Notes: generated by a model from the letters alone, not told the origin. A stretch of DNA of 37,304 bases from Trypethelium eluteriae (GCA_051942245.1 JAVECL010000195.1:1-37304), one strand, 5' to 3'. Positions 11,623 to 23,124 are shown, counted from the stretch's first letter. A program made the numbers and translations.

Positions 11623-12681
11623 TCACGTTCCAGGGTTGAGCAACCAGCTCACTCCTACCGACAAATGAAAGCCTGCAATCGCCGTCGTCGGCAAGTCTGG
11701 AAACTGTACAAACATATTTGGCAACCCAGGATAAAAGTCGGTCCTCGTTCGTACTCCAGCCTCACTCAGCAGAGCCTCATACAGGAAGCCTTGGTCTCTT
11801 GTGGGGTCACACTCATCCATTGCCAAATATGTGGGCGGAAGATCTCTTAAGTCGGCCCACATGGGAAAGTTATCGCCATCGCGTCTCGCATCAGCGAAGA
11901 CATTTAGTTTCTCTACCAGCTTTTCGTAGAGTGTCTCGTTCAAAACCGGGTCATCGGCATGCTCGACGTGGGACTTGAGACGATCTGCCCAGTCTCGAGG
12001 TATCTGTGGGTCTGGCCAAGCGATCAAAGTCGGAACAATTAAGACTTGGCCTGTGAGACGGATATTGGGATATCTGTTCCTAGCACGGACTGCGCAGAGA
12101 GCAGCGAGATGCGCTCCTGACTCCGCGCCGCCGATGAGAAAGCCTTGCGAGGTATCGCCGCCGAACTCTTGAGCACTTGAAGCAAGCCACTTCATCGCGT
12201 ATTCTGCGTCGGAGAAGACTGTGTGCCAGGGCACGTCTGTGACGGGGCGGTAGAAGAACGAGACGATGATGACTTCGCTGCCGCGAGCAATGATGGCCCG
12301 ACAACCCAGATCTTCGGAATTCGCGTCTCCGGCGCACCAGTATCCGCCATGGAAATAGAGCATGATAGGTAACTTTTCTTCTGGCGTCAAAGATGGGCGA
12401 TAAATACGGATCGGAAACCTATGACCAACAACCTCGGGGAGCGAGATCTTTAGGTTTTCCACTTGGACGTCGTCAACCAGTGGCTTGAATGCATCCCTCT
12501 TCAGGCATTCCTGAGCCAGAGCCCCTCTCTGGGCTTTGATTATTTGATAGTCATCTATTGTTGTTGGAGGTGGTGAGACTGAATTGTTGCGCTCGAACTG
12601 CGAATCTATTAGCGATAGTTCGGACACCAAGGATATGCAGCATGCCATCTTCCACTCTTCGCTGAGCTTGAACTGTGTCAT
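11623..12681 (-). CDS. Alpha/beta-hydrolase fold protein (HSL/abhydrolase_3 family) with degenerate catalytic motifs
   Basis: Intronless 352-aa ORF with IRIYRP, LPIMLYFHGG, GFLIGG, DLPPTY, DPTRD and YPGLP family motifs. Confidence 0.9.
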   Translation of the reverse strand: MTQFKLSEEWKMACCISLVSELSLIDSQFERNNSVSPPPTTIDDYQIIKAQRGALAQECLKRDAFKPLVDDVQVENLKISLPEVVGHRFPIRIYRPSLTPEEKLPIMLYFHGGYWCAGDANSEDLGCRAIIARGSEVIIVSFFYRPVTDVPWHTVFSDAEYAMKWLASSAQEFGGDTSQGFLIGGAESGAHLAALCAVRARNRYPNIRLTGQVLIVPTLIAWPDPQIPRDWADRLKSHVEHADDPVLNETLYEKLVEKLNVFADARRDGDNFPMWADLRDLPPTYLAMDECDPTRDQGFLYEALLSEAGVRTRTDFYPGLPNMFVQFPDLPTTAIAGFHLSVGVSWLLNPGT

Positions 12682-13011
12682 TATGTTGGATAATGGGGAC
12701 CTGATGTTTCGGATTGAGACGAGCGGACACTCAATACAGTCGTAGAGAGTTGGTCCATCCGTACGGGTTCCGTGGTCTCTGGTGCTCTGGGGATTTAAAC
12801 CCTAACGACTCTATAACATAGCAAAAGCGTGCCCTCAGAACAGACAGCTCCGAAGGAGAGTACTGGATTGACTCGGTCATTGGTATCTAGGATATTTTAG
12901 GTTTGCTAACCTAGATAGGCAATGAATGATTTCCTGATTTTAACTAAGTACGCTGATCAATTTAACCCCTTCACCCAAATTGGTAGTTTCTCCTTTCCCA
13001 TTCCTGTCAGC

Positions 13012-14677
13012 CTAGAGTTTAACTTCACTTTCGCTCAAGAAACCCCTCCAACGCTTCCCGAAAGTCTTATTGGACCAAATAAATTTCTGCAGAAGCTCTT
13101 GCAAATCTGACTCGGTACTTATCGATGCTCCGAGCTTAAGCTGATTGCTAAGTAGTTGCCCATACATTGCTTGCTTGTCACCTGGATCCACAAATGTGCC
13201 TCCGACGCATATGACCCAAAGGAAGAGGTCACGATGCTCATTCATGAGTTCCTTCATTCCAGTAGTCTGCAGCTGTTCAAGCAACCAGGACGCAAGATAA
13301 AGCGGAACCCAGCTCGCACCCCACACCTCAGTGAACAACATATATGTGCAGATGTGTGCCGTTAAAATACAGCAGTACAGGGTTGGATTTTGAAATCTCA
13401 TAGGATCTTTGCCAAGATTATATAACCGTGACTCAATAGATGCTTGATGATTGTCTAGGTGCATGATGGTGACTGCGTCACGCTGATCCACGTCTGTTGT
13501 ATCCCTTATCACTTGCAACGCTCTAATATCCTGTACAATGGACAAAAATGTATTTCCCAATACATCTTCGGAAGTCCCGAATCCTTCGGGAATTTGAGCT
13601 ATCGAGAGACAGAGTGGATCACGCGTCCAAGAGAGTTCGGCAAAGAATTCATGGCTCATGATTCGTCTTGAGCCAGTCAATATTGCCGAAAGAAGGTCTT
13701 GCCTGGAAAGGTGATGTCAGAAGTACGAGTGGAATTTTGCTGATAGCGTTGGTTACCAAAAAATTGCCCGCTTAATACCATCGTGTAGGATAGCCTGATG
13801 GATGGTACACAGTTGCATTATGAGTGCTAGACCACTCATGTGCATTTCAACGCTCTTGGTGTCTCTTCTTCGAGCCTTTTTGCAAATCAGCCTCTAATAT
13901 TGTGTTTCGGTTTAACAGATAAATTTCTAAGACCGTACCTCCACGCCTATGAGGAACAGCACGGCGCCAATTGTTGCCGGAGCTACGCCACTCGCCGTAC
14001 TTTGTAAACGCTCATTAACCCATCGCAGGGTCTGCCCTCTATAGCTTAAGAATTTTGCATCCATCGGATCATTGTGCACAGCAAATGTAAGTGCCATGAG
14101 TATAGCATTGAGTAGCGCAGGATCTGCAATGCTCGATCTGAAAACGGTATGCAAGCCTTGGTATCCCATCTCGGAATTGAAATTAATGATAGGTTCTCCA
14201 GCCTGTCGGGCCAAGGCTACTTTGATTAGCGGAATGCTCTTTTCATAAGTATCGTGACAGCTGAGCCTTTGCCCAATCCTCTTCGTCCCCGATACCGACC
14301 GACCATTATTAGATCAACTTGAACCTTATTATCCACAGAAAAACAAACTCACGATTTTCAAGCAGAGCAGGAAGCTCCGATGTGTCCGCAGCAAAACAGT
14401 CAAAAGGATCGAAGACTCCAACAGAGAGTGCATCCCGCGGATCATGCAATGTAATCTGGTCGTGTTCAGGCATTCGTCTTCTAGACTTCCTCTGCATCTG
14501 GTCCGCAGTCACATTGCAGAAGTTTGCCTGGTTTTTCCTCGCATTCGACTGTTTACGTTGGTGAAATTGCTTCATCACATGCGACCTGGCCACCGTCGTG
14601 CATGCGGTCGCCCTCGAAACATTATCGTGTCCGATGTGAACAAAATGGATCTCGTTTCCGGTATGCTTCTCCGTCAT
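13012..14677 (-). CDS. Fungal-specific transcription-factor-domain-like protein lacking a Zn2Cys6 cluster
   Basis: Exons 14677-14353, 14216-13939, 13875-13757 and 13702-13012 join in frame. Motifs VARSHVM, FDPF, DPALLNAIL, TIGAVLFL, HMSGL and IFWQDL are typical of this TF-like family. Confidence 0.8.
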
Positions 14678-16064
14678 AGCTTTCCGTGAGTTCGGAGAAG
14701 AGCTTGGCTCCGGTGATATGGCTTGCAATTGTTGTACGACACGAGCGAAGTCCTGAAAAGACAGTACGATAGGAGCGATTCATTTTCTTCGCTTGCTCTA
14801 CTATACTGTTACAATATAGCATGGAGGTAAGAAATCGAATCAGGCAAGAGTCAGAGATCGTAAAAGCGGCGTTGGATGTTACAAAGCGCTCTGTAAGAGC
14901 CAGATTCTGGCCGTGGGGCTTCAGGACAAAAATTAACGAGGAGCGGGAAACCCCTCAGTCGAAGCCGCCATAGATGACGTAGAGCTGGATTAATCAGCCC
15001 GTCCTCTCCTGTGATTGGTGGCTATTTGCATACCACTTGGAGCGAAAAGATGCCAAAGATAAGGTGCATTTTAGCCTGACCTCTACTTGGCTATGTGTTG
15101 ATGTTCACGTATGTGAGACTGTTCATGTCTGGATTGTCTTGAGATGGAGTACTTACCAGTGCCGACTTCGCTGGGATTTCCAATTGGCCAGGAAGTTGCA
15201 GACGAGCTTTCTCCTGTCAGTCTACACCACATTCGCTTGTATCCAGTATCTCCTCCCTCTTTTATTGAGGACGTTGAAGTATAGGAAGAAGGTCTCGTCG
15301 AGAACCTAGAGCGAATTATAGCTGAATACTGGAGGTTGGATAAAATATCCTCGGTGGCTAAGACTAGTACCGACAGGTTCTAATTTTCCCTCTGGTGTTT
15401 GTCCGAATATGTAACATGTTAATCATATCCGTTTGCCGGTGTTTTTCTAGGTCTAGTCTACTAGGTTTATGCGACAGTCCGAGCTAGCGACGAGGTTGCG
15501 CTAGAAGTATTTCTAAAATGGGCATGAGATAATTTCTCCAAAGGGGCAGATCTGTGAGTCACTGAATTAGCTCTGGGCCAGGATCGAGCTGATTCGATCG
15601 GGCATACATCCAACGGACCAGGGAAGTCAACGATACGTTGCATATGGTTATGGAGCCATCTTGCTAAGCTTTTAAACGCCATACGGTAACCCAAGCAAGG
15701 GTAGTCCGTGGTCCCTAAAGAATTACCTAAACCGGCAGTAGAATACTTCCTCAAGAGAGGTAATGCGGGGGGGATCAATCTGGATTGCACGAATCGACAT
15801 TTGATTTCAAGCCATTAAGCTTCCAACAGGATAAGGGTTGGCCAGGTGGAGGAGGTCCTCCCGACCGAGCTCGTAGCTTTTCACTTTCTGTTAAGATCGG
15901 AGCGAATTTATGTCTACTGCGGATAGCGAGCCCAAGAGCTACAACTTCATCGAGGGCCCCCCTCAACATGATTCTAGCAGCTTTCTTTCTCCGTAAGAGC
16001 GAAGACATTTCTTTTGACATACCCTGAGGATATTTTCGTATTCGTCCGTGCAAATCCAAACAGC

Positions 16065-17555
16065 ATGACATCTACCAAAGACCACGGTAATGGTACTCTG
16101 TACACGACATCGTCGCTCAAGACTTGCGATTACGATGTAATTTGCATTGGCTCTGGATGGGCAAGCCGGCCCATTGCTTCACGAGCCGTTGCCGCAGGTC
16201 TTGAAGCACTGATTATTGACAATGACCTCATAGGTGGTGATTGTCCGTTCTGGGCTTGTGTTCCAAGCAAAGCCTTGCTGCGCCCCAGCGAAGCTCTTGA
16301 AGCTGCGAAGGCAGTCGGTGGTGCTAGAGAACGGGTTACGGATCCAAATGTCGACGCAAAAGCCGTCTTTAACAGACGTGACGCTTTCACTCGAGGATGG
16401 AACGACGAAAAGTTGCTCGTTCCAACTACTTTGGAAACCGGTACTGATCTCTTACGTGGAACAGCCAAACTAATTGGGGTGAAGAAGATTGCCGTGACCT
16501 CCAAGGATGGACACAGTATAGAGATCACTGCGCGCTGTGCAGTTGCCATCTGTACTGGCAGCACACCGAGAATTCCGGATGTGCCTGGATTGAAGGCTGC
16601 TCACCCTTGGACGCCCAAAGAAGCGACCAGTGCAAGTAGCATTCCGAAGCATCTGATCATCTTGGGAACTGGGGCTGTTGGCTGCGAGATGGCAACTGTC
16701 TACTCCTCTTTCGGAGCTAAGGTGACGGTCATCAGCTCCACTTCGGAAGTACTCTCAAAGCTAGACAATGAGGCAGGTCGACTGGTCAGGACAGCGCTCG
16801 AAGCTCGCGGTGTAGAATTCCTACTCGGGTCGACACTTGTTGAAGTTCAACGCATGAGAGATAGCAGCATTACTGTGAAGACTTCATCAGGAACACAACT
16901 GTCTGCGTCGGAGATACTCGTCGCAACAGGCAGAAAACCTCGAACTGACGGCTGTGGGCTTGAGCTCTTCGATATACCCATCGACGGTACTCCAGTGGAA
17001 GTTGACGAATCGCTACGTGTGAAGTCTGTCCGTGACAAGTGGTTGTATGCGGTTGGAGACGTCAATGGTCGTTCACCTCTTACACACATGTGCAAGTATC
17101 AAGCCCGCATCGCTGCCACAGCAATCATTCGGCAAGCTAGAGGAGACCTCACGACGGAGCAAGCTCCCTGGAATTCTGTTTCTGCGACAGCAGATCACCT
17201 TGCAATCCCGCAGGTTATATTCACTCAGCCAGCGGTCGCAAGCGTTGGACTTTCGCGTATGCAGGCGAAGGAACAGAACGTCCCCGTACGTATCATTCAA
17301 ACTGGTGCCGTTACAGTGGGCGCCTTGCTGCACGGAGATACATTCGGAGAGGGTTGGGCACAGTGGGTTGTGGATGCGGAATCTGAAAAACTGCTAGGTA
17401 TGACTGTGGTAGGCCAAGACGCCACAGAGCTCATACATGCAGCTACGGTAGCCATCGTGGGGGGCGTTCGTCTGGACCGACTCGTGCACACAGTACCTTG
17501 CTTTCCAACCATGAGTGAGGTGTATCTCAATCTGATAGAGGCAGCGGGTCTGTAG
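16065..17555 (+). CDS. Class I pyridine nucleotide-disulfide oxidoreductase (lipoamide dehydrogenase/MerA-like, bacterial type)
   Basis: Intronless. It contains YDVICIGSG (FAD), GGDCPFWACVPSK (redox disulfide), GTGAVG (NAD(P)), ATGRKP, YAVGDV and FPTMSE. The first in-frame ATG is at 16065. Confidence 0.93.
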   Translation: MTSTKDHGNGTLYTTSSLKTCDYDVICIGSGWASRPIASRAVAAGLEALIIDNDLIGGDCPFWACVPSKALLRPSEALEAAKAVGGARERVTDPNVDAKAVFNRRDAFTRGWNDEKLLVPTTLETGTDLLRGTAKLIGVKKIAVTSKDGHSIEITARCAVAICTGSTPRIPDVPGLKAAHPWTPKEATSASSIPKHLIILGTGAVGCEMATVYSSFGAKVTVISSTSEVLSKLDNEAGRLVRTALEARGVEFLLGSTLVEVQRMRDSSITVKTSSGTQLSASEILVATGRKPRTDGCGLELFDIPIDGTPVEVDESLRVKSVRDKWLYAVGDVNGRSPLTHMCKYQARIAATAIIRQARGDLTTEQAPWNSVSATADHLAIPQVIFTQPAVASVGLSRMQAKEQNVPVRIIQTGAVTVGALLHGDTFGEGWAQWVVDAESEKLLGMTVVGQDATELIHAATVAIVGGVRLDRLVHTVPCFPTMSEVYLNLIEAAGL

Positions 17556-18152
17556 TTGCTTGATGCTATGTAGGAAGAATGAGGTGATTGTAGGCTGCCG
17601 GCTTTGTTGGGGCTTCCTGGGATATATGTAGATGAAGTAGGATGATTGAACAGATCGCCGTCGGTTCTTATCTGATTTTCTAATTAGTCCGCATCTACAA
17701 TCTTCCAACTCACCTTCACCGAGGGACTCTGAGAACATAGAAAGCGTAAAGATTGGCCACTGCTAATAGCGCCAAATATTTCTTTTCCACCCACTGGCGG
17801 GAATCCGCTCCGCTTGACGAAGCATCGGGTATCGATAGACTAGGAAACCTTCGTGGCGGTGTTTGATCGTCTACTTGCGGTGCCAAGCTGTTGCATGATT
17901 TGACACAAACTTGTCAGATGGCGATCTCAAAAGTTTTCTGGTTTTGCTAGTCGCAGACAATCGGAAAACGACTGATACTCGAGTTCTACTCTGCGGTTAG
18001 AGGGTACCAATGCTCTTTACTACCCAGGTGAGAAAAGTGGGGATATCAAAGCAAGATCTTGAATATCGGGGGTTGAGCTCATTTCTACATGTTCAATGCA
18101 ATTTGAATGGCTGGACCGCCTCTGAAGACTTTGCAAGTAACCTCTCCTACAC

Positions 18153-19255
18153 CTAGAAAACGTGCCCACCACCTGCATATGCAGTTAGCTATGCAACAAG
18201 GACTTAAACAAGAGAGATTCATGGACTCGCCATCAACGATCAAGTCAGAGCCATTCATATAGCTTCCTGCTCCGCTACAGAGGAGGACAAGTGGACCTTG
18301 CAGCTCTGCCGGCACTCCCATCCTACCCATTGGATTCCTGCTCGCCCAACTCCGTCGCGCATCCTCAAGGCCCGGACCTTCGTTGAGGATGGTATCCATA
18401 TACCCAGGGGAAATGCTGTTCACGCGGATGCCGTATCGAGCCCATTCCGCCGCTAAACTGGATTTCATCGACACGATCGCTGCCTTGGAGACGTTGTATG
18501 CTACCTGCGGCTGAGGAAAGTTGACACGATGGGCAGATATCGAGGCAATCAAAACAACAGAGCCGCCAGCGCCTTTCTTGATCATCTGCCTAGAAGCAGA
18601 TCAGCAGTGTTTACCTGGTTTGGAGAAAATTGACATACTTTGCGCATGCCTGAGCACACAAGAAACCGCCGGTCGTATTGATATCCAACGTTCGTCTCCA
18701 CTCCTCGGGGGACATGTCTGCAGCATGCGTGCAACCCACGACGCCGGCAAAGCAACAGAGAATGTCAATTCCTCCAAGCTTCTCTGCTGCCTCTTCCACA
18801 GCTGCATTTACCCGCTCAGCATCTCTAATATCGCACTCGATATCGAAAATATTTGCTGATGGGAAGTCATCCCTTAGTGATTGGAAGTCTTGGGAAGCAT
18901 GGGCCGTGCTAATGTCGAGAAGGGCCAGCCCTGACAAACCATGCTCTAACAAAGCACGAGCACCTTGAATGGCGAGGGTGCCAGCGCCACCGGTGACTAT
19001 CCACAGGGTTAGTCAACATCGCCAATACCAAGCTTCAATCTTGAGCTGAGATAATGTTCCATTATGACGGCACATGGACGCACTTATTGCATTTCCTTTC
19101 ACCGAAAATCTTTTCGTCGCCCTGCCTTCGGCATTCAGGTGCTGTGGTAGTGATGGTGGAGGACTCGTAAGAGAAGCTGGACCTCCATCCGAAAGCACCA
19201 TCTCGGGAAGTTTGCGGTTGACGAGCGCATCTCTGGCTTCAGCGTTTTCTGGCAT
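18153..19255 (-). CDS. Short-chain dehydrogenase/reductase, D-arabinitol 2-dehydrogenase/sorbose reductase-like
   Basis: Exons 19255-19084, 18996-18639, 18589-18231 and 18172-18153. Motifs are ITGGAGTLA, VNFPQPQVAYNVSK, RVNSISPGYMDT and GSDLIVDGG. Confidence 0.9.
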
Positions 19256-20009
19256 TTCGAGACCCGCTCAATGGGGCAAGCGAGGGCTTTGAGAAAAATG
19301 TACAGAGAAATGACAGATTGAGCATGTGTAGAAATAATAATACCGCTTAGATCTCGTTGTGCCTGCGTGGTAGTCTTTCTGATAGATGCCATCTCTTTTA
19401 TGTACGAAATGGCGGGGCAAGGTGGGGCATCATTGCAGTATAGGCCAGCGGTCATCTCGTCCTTCGGAACCCAGCAGATCATGGAACGATTTAGAAAGGC
19501 AGGTAAGCCATAGTATGATCCAAGTTAAAGTACGAGATTGAGAGTTGGAATGAATGCAATCATTGCAGAGAAGGTTCGCCATTGGCAAGAAAGAAGGATA
19601 CAAAACTCGGATCTCGGAAAAGTTGAATCTATTGGAGTCATTGCTATCGAAACATATAGGAAAGTCATCCGAGATGTAAGCGCTAAGGTTTTCGACGGGC
19701 TTTTCAAGCTATCCAATGCGTTGGTATTGATTTCAACACCTATTAATCCCCAACTGCTCTCTTGGGATGGGAAGCCACGGTCCGTCATAGTGGGACGTAA
19801 TCCTCAAGGACGATTAATCCGGGCTGCGCGTCAGAGCTACAGCTCTGTCAGCTCCGGAGTGATCAAGCACGGCTTCGTCCGTGCCTGCTCCTGTTCGATT
19901 AGAGTCGTCAACGAACAGCCAAAGGAGCAGTCGATGGATGTCGTGCACAAACTGATCATGCTCAGCTTGAGATCCTGGGTACCTGTACTGCCGTATCAGG
20001 AATATTGGT

Positions 20010-21929
20010 TCAATCTTCTTTTCCAACTGCACCTTTTCCCCGGAAACTTCTTTTGAGTCGTTCTATTTGGCCTAGGACTTTACTGCGTAGCTCATTCGAG
20101 TCTAACGCAGGCACTTCGTCAGCAGCAACAAATCGCCTCACTAGTAGATTGAAGATGCTACCGAAACCAAGCGCCATCACTGTGCTCGTTAGAATGATCA
20201 CGTTATACGGCATGCTGAAATCTGGTGTTGGTAGAGGGAGCAGGAGACTCGTGGTTCGGAGGTAGGTAGACCCGCCGTGGAGTGATGAATTGGAACTAGA
20301 GAGCATGCGAATCACGGCAGGGGCGACATCGAAGCCGCGATTGGCGTCGGGCGGATACTCAGTATAACGAAGGATTGCCTTCTCGAAGTCATAGGTAAGC
20401 GTCAACGACGATAGCGGAGGAATGTTGAGCAAAAGTTCGAGATGAGTTCCACGGTGACGATCCACAGCAGACCGGTAGTAGACTTCTCGTATTAGATCGC
20501 TATGAGCGTCTTCTTCTGTTGACGTCGAAAGTGTGAATGGCTTGACTGTTGTCCGAAGCGTATGTAGATAGAGTTTCATAAACCATGGGAGTGATTCAAG
20601 ATACGATAGAGAGACGCTCTCTGGTGAGTTGTTGGTAATCACAGCTCGGACGCCTCCTCGCTCTTGGCCATTACCAGTGAAGGAACGCGACGCATACATT
20701 CGAGGCTGCTCGATAGGGGCTTTGATCGATAACTGCTGCTCTGGGAGAGTCAGATCAAAATCAGCTCCCGCCGAGGGTTCGTAGCATCGTAGAAATCCAC
20801 CGTTGTGACTCCGCTCTTCATACTTTAATTCCGAGCTCGGGATCACCTCTCTCTCGGGGGGCACATTAATGCAAACCATGCCCGAGGACTGACTGTGATA
20901 ATTTTCAGCTAAGGGACATGCGCCTTTGATTGGCCGTCCGAAAACACCAGTGACGCTCCAGGCCGGCTCAGAGTCCTTGACGATTGGAAAGCATGTATCC
21001 TCTGCATTGTATGGTTTCGAAGTGTCGCATTCAACGTCTTCCAAAGGCGGAGGGCGGGGTATAGGATTATCTAGAATCGTGTGAGAAGGACATTTAACCA
21101 GACAGCGTGTCTCGTACCTCTTGGACGCGCTGATCGCTCTATATCAAGCACCATGTCCACGGTTTGCTCCATCTCCAGAACACAGTCAAGGCTATCCTGT
21201 GTACATACTGGTCGGACGTCGATTGCCATGGTCTGCCAAGTCGCATCGAACAGTTTGTGGCCGTCAAGGAGACTTGAAATTCCTGCCTTGCCTTTACATG
21301 GAAGTAATTTAAGAAACGGCGTGAGATTCTCAGTACAAACTACCTCGTGTGGTAGCGTTCCGTGGAGAAGGTGCAAATTTTTTTCAGATTTTACTGTGTA
21401 CTTTCCTTCATGTTCAAAAGTCATAGCTGGTCGTATCGTCTTAGTAGAATCAATGAAATTCAAGGAGGCGCAAAAGAGGCCAGAGAGTGCATTCGTCAGA
21501 GTAAGCCATCGCGAATTGGCTCTGCGCATAGCATTAGCCCAAGTTCAAACAGTCCATATGAATCAATTCTCACTCTTCATTCGTTTCTGCTTCTACCCAA
21601 GCCCATAGCTCTACCCCTGTTCCACCTTCTCTTGTTCCATTCCACGGTCTTGTACCCCAATTCTCGTCATCCCACCGGCCGAGGCTGAAGCGCAAATGCA
21701 GTTCCTTAGTATGAGCATGCTGTAGAATCTGGCCTAAGGACCGGGGGAAATATCGGAAATGTTGTCGGTCGAATGAGGTCGACGAAGCATTGCTACGAAA
21801 GTTAAAGGAGGCTAAGAGTGCTGATTGAGGAAGTGGGCGGAGGAGAAGGCGTTCGTAATAATCAGATGTGGCGTGCGCATGACTTATGAAGAACCACAGA
21901 AAGAAAAGGATGGAATAGAAGAAGGACAT
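20010..21929 (-). CDS. GPI16: GPI transamidase component Gpi16/PIG-T
   Basis: Signal peptide; exons 21929-21574, 21521-21118 and 21070-20010. Motifs are LSGLFCASLNF, EVVCTENLTPFLKLLPC, YTEYPPDANRGF and LPTPDFSMPYNVI followed by a TM helix. Confidence 0.96.
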
Positions 21930-22195
21930 GGCAGCTTGAAGCCAGAAGCATTAGCTTCTACAGCCCATCCACGGAGTTCCAGTTCGCGATCCCAAAGCTC
22001 ACCTCCGGTGCGGGAAATTTCTAGGCGCGCGGAGGGCGGCTATTTTAGCTCTGGAAACTTTAGTCGCATAATTAAGGTAGGTATTCACTTACCTTCACTT
22101 GAGTGCTGCCACTTCTTGACCTATTATTTGGCCAAGCTTGCAGCTTTCTCTTTTCAACAGCAAGTGACCCAGAGAGCAAGAACAAATTGTAGACC

Positions 22196-23124
22196 ATGGC
22201 GGCCGAACAAAGGAAAGCTCTAGGCACGTCCACTCTACTAGATATAATGACTGCAGACATACTCATGTTGCGACAGAACAGCTCATGGGCGACACGTTCA
22301 TGAGCGGTCCCGATCTCAGCGCACCGAAGCTCGCCATCACCGATCCCAAACTCTGCCGTTCCTACCTTGTCGGTACTTGCCCCCACGACCTCTTCACTAA
22401 CACCAAGCAAGACATCGGCCCCTGCCCACGCACCCACTCCGAAGCGCACAAGACTGAGTACCAAGAAGCGTCGGTGGAGCAGAAGCGCCAGTGGGGCTTC
22501 GAATTCGACTACATGAATGAAATGAAGAACCACATCGAGGAATGCAACCGGCGCATCGACGGAATGCAACGGCGACTAGAGAAGAACCCAGAGGAGATTC
22601 GGCAGACGAACGCATTACTGAAGCAGATCAGCGACCTCAAGGCCTCGATCGCCGCCTGGGTCGAGGAGATCGGCATTATGGGGTATGCGGGGCATGTCGC
22701 GGTTGCACGGCAGGAGTTCTACAAACTGGAATGCGCGCAGGCCTTGAAGGTGGACAAGGAGCGCGAGCTCAAGAACCTGAATGACACAAGCGGGCCGAGC
22801 GGCCACCAGAAATTGCAGGTTTGTGATGTATGTGGAGCGTATCTGAGTCGTCTGGATAATGACCGGCGCTTGGCGGATCACTTCTACGGCAAGATGCATC
22901 TGGGGTATGCTCAGATGCGCAAGACGTACGATGCACTGCAGAAGGAGTTGAAGGATCGTCCTCCACCACACCGGGAACCTGAATTGTCCGCTGGGCCAAG
23001 AGGCGGTGGGGACGTCAACGGATTCGGTGGAGATCGTGGCTATGGTGGTCGTGGTGGCTTCCGTGGAGGGTTTGGTGGTAGGGGTGGTGGATACCGCAGT
23101 CGAGGAGGATACGGACGCTGGTAA
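22196..23124 (+). CDS. LUC7: U1 snRNP subunit Luc7
   Basis: MAAEQRKAL|EQLMG joined via intron 22224-22276. Two C3H zinc fingers (CRSYLVGTCPHDLFTNTK..GPCPRTH; VCDVCGAYLSRLDNDRRLADHFYGKMH) and an RGG tail. Confidence 0.96.

Noticed and set aside
12797..12805. AAACCCTAA telomere-like or telomerase-template motif (similar AAACCCTA at 33636)
   Set aside because: Single copies, no array, and not the TAACCCTAA template.
16065..17555. Calling the reductase merA or LPD1
   Set aside because: It lacks the MerA C-terminal CC pair and the Lpd1 CLNVGC/HPT motifs and presequence.
19525..20056. ORFs between the SDR and GPI16, and antisense ORFs overlapping the main genes
   Set aside because: Shadow frames without motifs, mostly with non-ATG starts.
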